A stretch of DNA of 64,000 nt from Octopus vulgaris (Eukaryota): the NCBI GenBank assembly GCA_951406725.2, contig OX597817.1:124930001-124994000 (forward strand), in the 5' to 3' direction. Within the stretch, counting starts at the first letter, position 1. Every line of letters begins with the position of its first letter. The translations under genes were made by a program, and so were the position numbers. Shown here one piece after another: positions 13,753-26,864 of the stretch. Under the pieces are notes generated by a model. The model was not told the DNA's origin, made no database searches, and was given only the letters and a program-made list of their open reading frames with translations.

Positions 13753-14181
13753 AGATATTTAGGCAGTCTACAGAGAAAATACAAATACTTGAGGCAGAAA
13801 CGGAATGCACCCACTCTCCCGAGGAAAAGTATGAATGCTAAGGTAACATCAATGCAACTACACACCAGTCATAAATAACCCACTACCATTATGACTCAAG
13901 GAAATTATGAACAATAAAAATGATGATAATCATGATAATACAAGAAAAAATCACATAGACAAAAATCTAGTAAGGCTGTACAAATAACTCAATTTTATAT
14001 CATACGTTCTACTGCAGAACAATACAACAGTATTGCAACACAAAAAAATAACTGACTCATCAATGATACAGGTATATTGTTGTTGTCATCCTCAGTGCCA
14101 CCAATAGCAATGATGGTGTTATTGTCTTGTGTTCACTTTCTATATTGACATGAGTGGAATGGGGCACTATAGTGAGTTAAT

Positions 14182-14559
14182 ATCATCATCATCATCATCG
14201 TTTAACGTCCATTTTCCATGCTAGCATAGGTTGGACGGTTCGACCGGGGGTCTGGGAAGCCAGGAGGCTGTGCCAGGCTCCAGTCTGGTCTGGCAGTGTT
14301 TCTACAGCTGGATGCCCTTCCTAATGCCAACCACTTCATGAGTGTAGTGTGTGCTTTTTACATGCCACCAGCACAGGGGCAAGAGGAGACTGGCAAACGG
14401 CCACAATTGGTTAGAGCTTTTCATGTGTCTTTTCATGCAACTGGTACTTAATTTATCGACCCTGAGAGGATGAAAGGCAAAGTTGACCTCGGCGGTATTT
14501 GATTTCAGAACATAAAGACAGATGAAATACCGCTAAGCATTTTGCCAACTTGCTGCCTT
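14182..14559 (-). mobile_element. SINE C fragment fused to a partial SINE A
   Basis: 14182-14430 matches family C and 14438-14559 matches the family A core. Confidence 0.8.
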
Positions 14560-14707
14560 CAGATGGTGACCATTGAATCTTGAATGTTGAGTGATGGAAA
14601 TATGTTTGACAAGAAAGTGGCTGGAAAGAGGATGAGAGTGTGTAAAAGTAAAGAGAAGACTCAAATAGTAGACTTGGTGTCAGATGTATATATATGTGCA
14701 TGGTGGA

Positions 14708-14991
14708 GAGGATTGACCTGCAAGTGCCGGTGCCATGTAAAAGCAACTGTGCAGTGCCATGTACAAGCATCTGTGTGTTGCCAAATAAAAGTACTTGTGC
14801 AGTGCCATGTAAAAGCAACTATGCGGTGCCACATAAGATGCCAGCACACTCTGTAAGGTGGTTGGCATTAGGAAGGGCATCCTGCCTTAGAAACCATGGC
14901 AAAACAGACTGTAGCTTGGTGCAGCTCTCCAGCTTGCCTGCTCTGGTCAAACCATCCAACCCATGCCAGTGTGGACAACAGATGCTAAATA

Positions 14992-15059
<68 letters not shown>

Positions 15060-15070
15060 GATGATGATGA
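14708..15070 (+). mobile_element. SINE family C with internal ~24-bp tandem repeat and long (GAT)n tail
   Basis: About five GTGCCATGTAAAAGCA-like units at 14730-14845, then TGGTTGGCATTAGGAAGGGCATCC, then (GAT)n at 14991-15070. Confidence 0.85.
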
Positions 15071-15877
15071 TATAAATACAAACACCCACTTACACACACT
15101 TTTAGGCCTGCACATGCACATGAATCTTATTATGTCAGTCTATATCTCTACCATCATTCTTGTGCCATTTAAGGTAACATTTAATTTGCACAGATCAGTA
15201 GGCTGTCTATGATTGAGTCACCAATCAAAAATCATCCATTGTCATATCCTGTATGAAATGCAACATCCTGAGGTCAGTCTTCACCACCTGCAACCACGTC
15301 AGTTATTGTCTTCCTCTTCAACAGATTCCATTTACCTTGTCTTCTTGGCACTTCTTTATACAACTGTCATATTCAACAAACCAGTATAACCTGCTCACTA
15401 CATCTGATTCCCCTTATTTAAAATTTTTCTCTCAGCTCATAAAGATTCTATTGTTTGTGCATTCTAATATTACACATCCAATGAAGCCTGCATTCTCTTC
15501 TTCTTTCCAGTTTCCACAAAGCCTATGAATTCAGGGACCACATCCTGCTGCATGTAACATTGTAATTCATAGCCATACATCATACAATCTTCTCTCTTGT
15601 CTGTAGAAAAAGACTTGTTACTAGCAGAGTTAATAATTCCGTGTACTTTTTCCAGTCCCTTCTTACTTCACATTATATATTTTCAGAACATTAGAACTGC
15701 TAATTAGATCACCAGATTATGTACATACGTATGTACCTACCTACCTACTTACCTACCTACCTACCTACCTACCTACCTACCTACATATCTACCTACCGAC
15801 CTACCTACCTACATACATACATACATACAACATACATACATACAAACATATAGACATACATACATAAATACATACAT

Positions 15878-16087
15878 ACTCTCGTTACTTGTTTCAGTCA
15901 TTTGACTGCGGCCATGCTGGAGCACTGCTTTTATAATCGAGCAAATTGACCCCAGGTCTTATTCTTTGTAAGCCCTAGTACTTATTCTATCAGTCTCTTT
16001 GGCTGAACCGCTAAGTTACAGGGACGTAAACACACCAGCATGTTGTCAAACGAGGATGGGGGGCCAAACACAAACACACAAACACAG

Positions 16088-16123
<36 letters not shown>

Positions 16124-16287
16124 AACAGGCTTCTTTCAGTTTCTGTCTACCAAATCCACTCACAAGGCTTTGGTCAGACCAAGGCTATAGTAGAAGACAC
16201 TTGCCCAAGGTGCCACACAGTGGGGTGGGACTGAACCCAGAACCATGTGGTTGGTAAACAAGCTACTTACTACACACCCACTCCGGT
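15878..16287 (-). mobile_element. tRNA-derived SINE, family B (CORE-like CCTTGGGCAAGT motif, internal microsatellite)
   Basis: Reverse complement of the copies at 20531 and 21310. Confidence 0.9.
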
Positions 16288-16373
16288 GCATACATGCAAA
16301 TATGCATGCATATACACATACGTATATAAAAATAGACATGCATACAAATATACATAGCTAAATTGAAGACTAC

Positions 16374-16602
16374 AGATCCAGTCCATCACTGGAACTGAAA
16401 AAGTCTACAAAACATTCCAGAAGTTAATCATTTAAATATATATGAGCATGTCTAGCTATACAACTATAAACAGGAGAATACATACTTAAAACAAGACCCA
16501 CAAAACTGCATAAATACATAAATACATACATACATACATACATACATACATACATACATACATACATACGTACATACATACATACGTACGTACATACATA
16601 CA

Positions 16603-16662
<60 letters not shown>

Positions 16663-16862
16663 CATACATACACACATACATGCCCAGATCCAATCCATCA
16701 CTGGAACTGTAAAAATCTGTAAAATTTTCCAGAAGTTTAGCATTTAAATATATATGAGCATGTCTAGATATGCAACTATATGCATGAGAATACATACATA
16801 AAGCAAAACGCAAATTTGCATACATACATACATACATACATACATACATACATACATACATA
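16374..16862. repeat. Diverged tandem duplication (~311-bp period) separated by (TACA)n
   Basis: CAGATCCARTCCATCACTGGAACTG...CATTTAAATATATATGAGCATGTCTAG occurs at 16374 and at 16685. Confidence 0.85.
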
Positions 16863-17119
16863 CCCTGTTGTTGATGTTGAAATTCCAATGAAGGAGCCTT
16901 GGATCTAGATTAGAAACTGGCTCTTTCTCAATTGGCAAGAAATCTTGAAATAAAACTGAACAATGACGTACATACATACATGCATACATACACACATATA
17001 TACATTCACACATACACACACATATATAAGGATATAGAGAGAGAGGGGGGAAGGAGGGAGAGAGAGAGGGAGAGATGAAGAGAGATTACTACATTGACAA
17101 TCACAGCGATATTATTTTA

Positions 17120-17224
17120 CAGTCGGAGCCTGGTGCAGCCTCCTGGCTTCCCAGAACCCGGTCGAACCGTCCAATCCATGCTAGCATGGAAAACGGACGT
17201 TAAACGATGACGATGATGATGATG
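17120..17224 (+). mobile_element. SINE C 3' end
   Basis: Reverse complement of the 14182-14285 sequence, with (GAT)n tail. Confidence 0.85.
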
Positions 17225-17672
17225 AATGATATCTGTATGTACAAATAGGGATTAGAAACAGAGAAGATCAAGATAAAAGTGATTTCAGATAGTAAACAAA
17301 ATGTTTATTTTTTTTGTTTTCAGATCTATTTGTTATATAGATTTCTATAAATCTGTTTCCTGTATATAAAGTTATGATTTGGGATTGTCTGATTCTGAAA
17401 TGAAATCATTATGTTTAATTAGTAGTTTAAAAGGGAAAAAATAAGCCACAGGTTAAATTCATGCCTTAAGTGTGGTACTAGATTTCCATTATTGATTCTT
17501 TTGTATTATAACCTAGTCACCCCCATTGTAATTACTGGTCTCTGTTTTTATTAGTCCCAAGCCAAGATGAATGAAGAGTCAAGTGAATGAGCGACTGATA
17601 ACGAATCAGTGACACAATGTGACATAAATTCTTCAGTAAAAGTTTTCATATCTAACACTTGCTTTCATTCAG

Positions 17673-17716
<44 letters not shown>

Positions 17717-18847
17717 AACTGAAACTCAATTTTGTTAAATAAGCAATACTAAATTAAAACCAACAAAAATACAAAACAAAAGTGGCTGTCCCAAAGTTAA
17801 TCACTCAAGACATATAAATGACAGTTAAATAAGATTGGCAATAAATTTCTTTCTGTTTACATACATTGATTCTATTTCCAAAAATTCCTTTCAAACTTAC
17901 AAGAAATTGGCAACAGAAATAAGTAAAAGACCAAAGAAAATAGCAATAAAAACAAAAACAAATCCCCAAGATAATTGAGAATTCCCAAACTATCAGGTTC
18001 TGACATTTTAAGGTCACTTTCAGATTTTCTTTCATTGTAGACAGATCAATATGATTTCATCTAGCCCAATATCCACTGCCAGACAAACTTCTCATCAGAT
18101 TTTATTTACTATATTCTTCAAATTTATTCTCAGACATTTTAATTCATATTTTGGATGGTTATATATTTAGAGCCCTCCACAGTTAAATATATTTATTGCT
18201 CAAGTAGTGACATTCGGGTTTTCTAGACCCAATATGTTTCACTCAGTTTATTTGTGCACCATCTTCAATGACCATATTTTAGCAGATAGATTGGTAGAAT
18301 CTTTAGAACAAAAGACAAAATATTTTGCAGAAACCATGAAATGAAATTTTTTATGTCTTACTCTTACATCTCTTTATATTTAAAGTTCAAGTCACACAGA
18401 GAGCAACTTCACCTTTTATAACTCTCTAGCACAATAAAATTAGCTTTATCCATTTACTGGGAATGATGTAATTGATTTTTTTTTCTCTCCCTCATAATTT
18501 GCGGATTTGTTGTCTGTTAGAAATCATTATAAGTAATAACATTTAAAGCAGAGTACAGCAGAATCAAAGAGCAAGGCTACCTGGCAGTATTCAGTTATGT
18601 CCCATCGTATTTTGAGCTCAAATTTCACTTAATTTCATTGAGTGTTCCTTTCTCCAAAAGGACTAACTTTGTTGCCGTGGTGTATATAATTTATAATTAC
18701 TAATATTACTAAGTCAGCTAGCTAACAAAATTGAATGCATGCCTAACAAAATGTTTAGTGTTATTTCTTCTTACTTTATGTTTTGAGTTCAAATGTTGCC
18801 ATGGTCAACTTCCATCGTTTTTGGAGGTCATTAAAACAAGTACTTGT

Positions 18848-19351
18848 ACTTACTTGTGACGGCATTCACCCAGGGTGGGTTGAACCGGCTTCTTCTCTGG
18901 TCCTGACGACATCATGAACCATGGCGGCCCATGCTCGATGGTCCTGTGTGAGGTCACTGGAGATAGCAAGCCATTCGTGGTTCCATCTGCACAGACAGAC
19001 CATCTGCGGATCTGAGAGTTCAAGAGATGTCCTCCTTTATCGTCATTGCCCAGGTCTTCAACTGCCCGCCTGTGCGTTTGTGCCAGTTGGGAAGAGGAGG
19101 CGGGAGGAGGACATCACAAATCAGCTCACACTCTGGATGCCAGGCCGCATGACCAAACCCCCTTAAGCGCCGTTGTAGAATCACTGAAAAGAGGGGCCAG
19201 AGATTCTGGCGATGACGAAGACCGGCTGAAGGAATCCGATCAATGTGTTGGCAGCAAAGAATGTGGCGGAGACAGTCATTGTCAAGCACCTCCAGCCTTC
19301 ACTGATCGACTATCCTCATAGGTCATGTCTTACAACCATAGAGGTTATATC
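18848..19351 (-). mobile_element. 5'-truncated RTE-clade LINE
   Basis: ORF 19020-19289 (QRRLRGFGHAA...KRTGGQLKTWAMTIKED) is a typical RTE C-terminus. 15-bp TSD AAAACAAGTACTTGT at 18833-18847 and 19352-19366. Confidence 0.9.
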
Positions 19352-20530
19352 AAAACAAGTACTTGTTGAGCACTGGTATCGATGTAATTGGTTTGTCTCC
19401 AGTCCTAAACATTCAAGACTAGCCTATAGCAAAATGAATTATTGCTAAATCATTAGAAAATTGGAAAGATGCCTCATAGTATTGCTTGTGAATCTTTACC
19501 TTCTGAGTTCAAATACCCATCAGGTTAACTTGGAGTTTCTTCCTTCCCAAATTGATTTTAATCAATTCATCTCTCCACAAAAATTTCTGCTTTTGAGTTA
19601 GTACTTTCAGTTAAAAATTATTCATAGTAGTAGTACTAGCTGGACAGTGATTTGCCCTAATTAATGAATAGATGAAACTGACAGGCTGCATTTTGTTATA
19701 TCTCTGTATATAATGTGGTCACATCACAGATAATCAAGCTTCAGTAGTTTCTGACATACACCCAAATTTTGAACTAAGATGATTTTTTTTGTTAAATTTT
19801 TTTTTTTTATTTGTTTGTCTCAGTGCTCATCAAAACTGTCCACACATCAAGGTGGGATATTAGATCAGCATATCCAGTTTAGTCACCAGTTGCCCAACCA
19901 TGAAAACAATAATATTTGCTTTCATAATTACCTGAAGCAGATTATTTTGTTTTTTCTTTAACCTCATACAAATAAGATACAAAAATACAAAACAGGATGC
20001 AGAAATACAAAATAGGATGCAAATTATAGAATGTCATTGAAAGATACTAATTACTTCACTCCACTTCTGAAAAGAGTTACAGCTTTATGTTTTTTTAATT
20101 CTGTTGTTTGTAGTCTGTATCAAATTTTCAGTGTTATAGGATATGTGAGTAGCAAAGGTATCACAGTTTGTATCACGTTTGTTTGTGTAATTGATTCTCT
20201 TGGGTGTATTTCAGAAACTACTAAATCTACAAAGCTTAAAGTATTATCTTTTAATTTTTGGCAGAAATACAGAGAAGACATATCAAGCTTCTGATCCTGT
20301 GTTTAGAAATAAAAATAAGGATCAGGTTTCCCAAGTGTCAAAACACACCTACACACACACACACTCACACAAACACAGGCTAACACACACACACACACAC
20401 ACACATACACATAAACACACATGCATAATTAAATTCATTAAGCCAGTTTTTGTTTTGAAAGCTAATTCCTAGAAACTATTTCAGCAATCACAACAACAAC
20501 AATAACAACAACAATAGTAATGGTTTCTAG

Positions 20531-20700
20531 GCATAGGAGTGGCTGTTTGGTAAGTAGCTTGTTTACCAACCACATGGTTCCGGGTTCAGTCCCACTGCGT
20601 GGCACCTTTGGCAAGTGTCTTCTACTATAGCCTCGGGTCGACCAAAGCCTTGTGAGTGGTTTTGGTAGATGGAAACGGAAAGAAGTCTGTCGTATATATG

Positions 20701-20735
<35 letters not shown>

Positions 20736-20952
20736 ATATGTTTGTGTGTCTGTGTTTGTCTCCTCCCCCAACATTGCTTGACAACCGATGCTCGTGTGTT
20801 TACATCACCATAACTTTGCGGTTCGGCAAAATAGACCAATAGAATAAGTACTAGGCTTACAAAGAATAAGTCCTGGGGTCGATTTGCTAGACTAAAGGCG
20901 GTACTCCTGCATGGCTACAGTCAAATGACTGAAACAAGTAAAAAAGTAAAAG
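20531..20952 (+). mobile_element. SINE family B
   Basis: GGAGTGGCTG..TGGTAAG...GGGTTCAGTCCC head, CCTTTGGCAAGTG, internal (TA)(TG) tract, GACTGAAACAAGTAAAA tail. Confidence 0.9.
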
Positions 20953-21309
20953 ATTTACAGTTTTAAAGAAACTATTTCTGATATAAATTCTAGGCTATGC
21001 ATCCTGACTTGACTGATTGTTTTTCTATAAATCCTGAAAGAAAGAAATCAAGGTAAGTTGACTTCACTAGGAATTGAACAGAGAATTCAGAGGAATATAA
21101 ATAAATATAATAAAGCAATTTCTTCAATGCTATTGATTTCTGTCAATTATTGCTTATAAGGTTTAGTGAGCACAATTCTCATGTTTATAGAGTTCAAAAA
21201 CAAATACTTTAAACATATTGTAGGCTTTTGTTATAGGGTCATTATGTTTATATAAATGAAACTAAACGTTGTTCATTAGTCTGTTGTATGAATATCTATT
21301 ATCTACATA

Positions 21310-21499
21310 GGCACAGGAGTAGTTGTGTGGTAAGCAGCTTGCTTACCAACCACATGGTCCCAGGTTCAGTCCCACTGCCTGGCACCTTGGGCAAGTGTCT
21401 TCTACTATAGCCTTGGGCCGACCAAAGCCTTGTGAGTGGATTTGGTAGATGGAAACTGGAAGAAGCCCATTGTATATGCATATATATGTGTGTGTGTAT

Positions 21500-21530
<31 letters not shown>

Positions 21531-21752
21531 AGTATATATATGTTTGTGTGTCTGTTTGTTCCCCCAGCATCGCTTGATAACCAATGCTGGTGTGTTTACA
21601 TCCCCGTAGGTTAGCGGTTTAGCAAAAGTGACTGATAGTATAAGTACTAGGCTTACAAAGAATAAGCTCTGGGGTCGATTTGCTCATCTATAAAGGCTGT
21701 GCTCCAGCATGGCCGCAGTCAAATGACTGAAACAAGTAAAAGAGTAAAAGAG
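21310..21752 (+). mobile_element. SINE family B
   Basis: Full-length match to 20531-20952. Confidence 0.9.
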
Positions 21753-21786
21753 TATTTATACAAATTAGATTAATTTTCTTTACTAA

Positions 21787-21983
21787 GCTGGCAGAAATGT
21801 TAGCCCACCAGGGGAAATGCTTAGTGGTATTTCATCTGTCTTTACGTTCTGAGTTCAAATTCTGCCTAGGTCAACTTTGCCTTTCAAGGTCAATGGATTA
21901 AGTACCAGTTGCCTACTGGGGTCGATCTAATTGACTGGTCCCCTCCCCAAAAGTTTCGAGCCTTGTTCCTAGAGTAGAAAAGT
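21787..21983 (+). mobile_element. SINE family A, alternative-tail subfamily
   Basis: Same orientation-corrected sequence as 7972-8171. Confidence 0.85.
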
Positions 21984-22197
21984 ATATTCATTTTTAATAA
22001 TTTATTCACCAGCATAATTGTGTGTATATTGAATATTCCACAAAAACCATAGCATATGATATTTTTTCTTTACCAAGCTATTGTATTTCATAGTATTTTT
22101 GTTTATTTTTATTATTCCCTTAAAAAGTGTGTGCGTGTGCTGGGGACAGATATTAAGCATTTTTGCATTTTATAGAGCATTAGCTAAGATAAATGTT

Positions 22198-22869
22198 TGA
22201 TGAGACTAGTCAGAGCGAAAAAGTAGAAGGTATCATAACTCATTGGAAGGTGGCGAGCTGGCAGAGACGTTAGCACGCCAGGTGAAATGCTTAGCGGTAT
22301 TTTTTCTGCCGCAGTGTTCTGAGTTCAAATTCTGCCGAGGTTGACTTTGCCTTTCATCCTTTCGGGGTCGATTAATTAAGTACCAGTTACGCACTGGGGT
22401 TGATATAATCGAGTTAATGCGTTTGTCTGTCCTTGTTTGTCCTCTCTGTATTTAGCCCCTTGTTGGTAGTAAAGAAATAGGTATCATAACTCATTGGTCA
22501 CTGCACTACGAATCATCATCATTATCATCAGTGTGTGATGAGACTAGTCAGAGGAAAAAGTGGAAGGTATCAAAACTCATTGGAAGGCGGTGAGCTGGCA
22601 GAGACGTTAGCACGTCGGGTGAAATGCTTACGGTATTTTGTCTGCCGCAGCATTCTGAGTTCAAATTCTGCTGAGGTCGACTTTGCCTTTCATCCTTTCG
22701 GGGTCGATTAATTAAGTACCAGTTACGCAGTGGGGTTGATATAATCGAGTTAATGCATTTGTCTGTCCTTGTTTGTCCTCTCTGTGTTTAGCCCCTTGTG
22801 GGTAGTAAAGAAATAGGTATCATAACTCATTGGTCACTGCACTACGAATCATCATCATTATCATCAGTG
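22198..22869 (+). repeat. Tandem duplication (~338-bp unit), each unit containing a full SINE A (22247-22478, 22584-22814) with its TSD
   Basis: Both units start TGATGAGACTAGTCAGAG and end CATCATTATCATCAGTG. The 19-bp TSD AGGTATCATAACTCATTGG occurs four times (one copy with a mismatch). Confidence 0.95.
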
Positions 22870-23959
22870 GCAGCAGCAGTAGTAGTAGCGGTAGCAGCAG
22901 CAGCAGTACCACTACGACTAGCTCCACTACTGCTACTTCTGTCATCTTTCTGGTCATTGTTGTTTATGTATTTGCCTTTTGTCACACTAGAATGAGGCGG
23001 AGGAGACATTTTAAGGCATTATGTTACAGCTGGATACCTTTCCTGATGCTAACCTTTCCTGGTTTATAAGTATGGTATTTCATCCCACATCCATGCTACC
23101 AGACATTTGTTTATGCAGGAACAAAAATACACACACATGCTCATAAATATAATAATAATATCTGTGCTTGTATTTATGTTTCATGAGTATGTGAAGTGAA
23201 GGAGTTTCTCTCTTTCTCTCTCTTTCACACACACATACAAACACACACACATGCATGCACACATGTACACACACATGTATCCATATATAACAGGTTTTCT
23301 TACAGACTCTGTCTACCAATTCTCCCTCTGAAGCATTGATCAAACCAAAGGCTATTGCAGAAGATACGTGTCTTGTGGATATGAAGATAATTTCTTAAAC
23401 ATACGCTCAGAGTAAAGACCTGCTCTGAATGCTTTGCAACAGACTGGAATCTGCTAAAGGCACCCATTTAATTGTCTCTTATTAGTGAATGTAAATAAGT
23501 ATCAATAATCAATCAATAAAGATAATCATAATTAATATGAGCCAAGTGGATATTTCATTGATTTATCAAACAGATGGTCCCATGTTCAGGTTTTCTATAA
23601 TCATTTTGGAGAATATTTGAGCAATGAAATTTTAATTAATCTAGCATAATTCCTCTTTATGAATAGGTGCAGACATGGCTGTTGGGTAAACAATTTATTT
23701 TGTGATTTGATCGTTTTGAGTTTTGTTCAATTGCTAGGCACCTTTGGCAAGTACCTTCTATTATAATCTTAAATTTACTAATGCCATGGGTGTGAAATTT
23801 CATAGAGAAACTGTAGGAACGTCTACTGTATGCACACATGCACACACACAGACACACACGCGCTCATACACACACATACACACATGCATACTCACAGGTG
23901 TGTGTGTGTATCTTGTATGCATATCTATGTGTGTATGTATACAACTTGCTGTCTCACCC

Positions 23960-26790
23960 TAAGTGATGCATGGGGTGTCCTCTGATGAAGGAACATGTGG
24001 GGCTCTTTCGAGTAGTTTGTCCACTTTGGTCCTCACCTGACACCCAACACTCATCTATGGCTCCTTGAAGCTGTGTGCATGCAACAGAGGCCATGCTCCA
24101 CTTAATGGCTTCCGCAGACCAGCTAAACCATGATGAAGGTAGTCAATGGCTTTCAAACTTTCAATGAGCTAAAGCTTGTCCACCTAGGCATGTGAAGACT
24201 CAACCCAGCCAACGATGTAGAAAAGACAGCTAGATTGGTCCAATGGAAAGGAAGACAGAACCAGCAAGCATTGTGGAGTGCAATGAATGCATCATACATC
24301 CTGGATGCATCCATGCAGCATACATTAACATCTAATCTGCTACATCATAGTCAGGAAACAGGACAGGCAGGATGTCATGCTGACAAAAGCCATATGGGGT
24401 GCAGAATGCTGGACAGACCAAGACGGCAAGCTGGCAGAAACATTAGCACACTGAGCGAAATGCTTAGCAGTATTTTGTCTGTCGCTACATTCTGAGTTCA
24501 AATTCCGCTGAGGACGACTTTGCCTTTCATCATTTCAGGTCGATTAAATAAGTACCAGTTACACACTGGGGTCGATATAATCGACTTAATCCGTTTGTTT
24601 GTCCTTGTTTGTCCCCCCTGTGTGTAGCCCCTTGTGGGCAGTAAAGAAATAAGAATGCTGGACAGATCATAGGCTCATCGTTGCAAAAATCAACTTTCAC
24701 ATCCAGCCTTGCAGTGACCACAGGAGAAGCTGGCAAACAAGCGACTAAACATCAGCAAATTGTATCGGCACAATGTGGAGTAGAACCTGAGAAAAGACCT
24801 GAATAGCGAGCTGAGCCAACTCAATGTTGGTACAAAAGGAGCAGACAAGATGTGGGTGGTGTTCAGAGATGTGGTGCACAACACTGCCCTCATTTGGGCC
24901 TGAAAATACGTAGACACCAAGACTGGTTTGACAACAACAGTGATAAAATCCAGAAGCTGCTCAATGAGAACATGAAGCCTGCAGAGTCTCTCAGCAAAAC
25001 AGCACATCAGCTTCCAAGAAAGTAACCTACACCACCACCAAAAGTCAGATATACGTAAAGCCTAGCAACGAAGGATTCTTGGTTCAGCAACAAGGCAGAT
25101 GAGATACAGAAGTATAATGACAGCAACAACTCCAAGCACATCTACAATATGAGCCACAATTCTCTGGAACATTACCACTGCTCAGTGCTGATGGGAACAC
25201 TCTCATCATTGATAAAAACGGAATGCTGGAAAGGGGAGCAGAGCACTTCAGCAACATTCTGAACAGGCCTTCCTCTATAAATGCTGTGGCCATTGCTTGC
25301 ATGCCCCAAGTTGACATCAACATTTCTCTGGCAAGAGCCTCCAATAGAAGCAGAGGTACAGAAAGCAATTAAGTTTCTCTTAAATTTCATAGCCCCAAGC
25401 CCTGACTCTATCCCAGTTGAAATGTACAAAGCAAGGGGACCAGAAGTTCACCAATCTCTTTCAAACCATATGGCAACAGGAAGATGTTTCTCAGAAACTC
25501 AAGAATGCTTCTATTCTCCATCTCTAAACAGGCAGTCCTGTGACAACAACTGAGGAATTGCACACTGCCAGAGACTCAGGGTTGCTTCAGAAAGGGCTGC
25601 AGGACAGTCATCATGGTCTTTGCTGCATTTCAACTTGAAGTACCAAAACAGCACAGGGACCTACATTTGTACACCCAATCAAAGCCTTTGATACCATCAG
25701 TCATGAGGGGCTTTGAAAGATCAGAAGAAAGTTTAGCTGCCTGGACAAATTCATCAGCATGGTGCAACAATTTCAGGACAGCATACTCACCCAAGTACTA
25801 GACACAATGCACTCCCAGCCACTACCAGAATCAAACAGGTCTTTGTACTTGCACTACACTGTTCAGCATATTTTTCTCAGTTATGCCTTCTGCAATGATG
25901 ACAAAACCAGCATTAAGTTCAGATTCAGGACTGACAACAGACCCTCTCAACCTGCAAATGCTATAGGCCAAGATCAAGGTAGAAAAAGATTTAGTGCAGG
26001 CTTTCCTGCTCACAGATAACTGTACAATCAATGCCAACCCAGAGGCCTAGATACAGTAGAATGTAAATTGCTTTTCATTGCATAAAACTATGACAGTTTG
26101 GCCTCGTAATCAGTGGCTAGAAGACAGAGGTCGTGCACCAACATGCCTTGCAGAAGTTGTATGTGGAACCAACTATCACTGTCAATAAGTTCGTGTACTT
26201 TGGAAGCATACTCTTCAGATCTGTGAACATTGACATTGCAGTTGACACATGCATTAGCAAGGCAAGCTCAGCATTTGAGCAGCTATGTGAATTGATGTGG
26301 GAGAGGAGTGGTGTTAGGCTGGCTACTAAGTTCAAGGTGTATCAAGCTGTTGTGCTGCCTATGTTACTGTATGTCTGAGAGACTTGGACAGTTTATGAAT
26401 ACCACTCCAAAAAGCTAAACTGCTTCTGCATGAACTGCTGGAGAAAGCTGTTGAAAATCATCTGGAAAGACAAGGTTCCAGATGTAAAGGTCTTCTCTTG
26501 AGCTGATATGCCAAGCATTTACACAGCTGCTGAAGAGGGCAAAAGTCAGGTGATCTGGACACCTTGTTTGAATGGCAGACATGTGACACCTCAAGGGACT
26601 GTTTTACAACAAAATGGCAAACTGGTGGGAGGCAAGCACATGCAAGGTGGACAGAAAGACTGCTACAAGGTCACACTTAAAACCTCACTAAAAACCTTTG
26701 AGATCCTCCCTGACACCTCAAAAATGCAAGATCAAGACTTCCCTGCTTGGCAAAGGTGCTCCCTCAGTAGAGTAGAAACTGCAGTCACTT
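23960..26790 (+). mobile_element. Decayed RTE (BovB-like) LINE
   Basis: Endonuclease end GAECWTDHRLI; APSPDSIPVEMYK; FVYFGS..ISKASSAF..LATKFKVYQAVVLPMLLY.ETWTVY; GGQKDCYKVTLKTSLK. Many stops and frameshifts. The 5' boundary is approximate. Confidence 0.9.
24421..24651 (+). mobile_element. SINE A inserted into the RTE LINE
   Basis: 18-bp TSD AGAATGCTGGACAGAYCA at 24403-24420 and 24652-24669. Confidence 0.92.
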
Positions 26791-26864
26791 GCACTATAAT
26801 AAATAAATAGGCTTTTCGATGCACAATTCTATATATGTACATGTGTGTGCATGTGTGTATTCAT

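Noticed and set aside
14730-14845. CRISPR-like short repeats with spacers
   Set aside because: Spacers are only about 8 bp and similar to each other; this is an internal SINE minisatellite in eukaryotic DNA with no cas genes.
14694-15212. 172-aa ORF with Cys-rich repeats and poly-Asp
   Set aside because: Derived from the SINE C internal tandem repeat and its (GAT)n tail.
23982-24015. CTGATGA near the RTE 5' end as a hammerhead
   Set aside because: No GAAA box or stem III follows.
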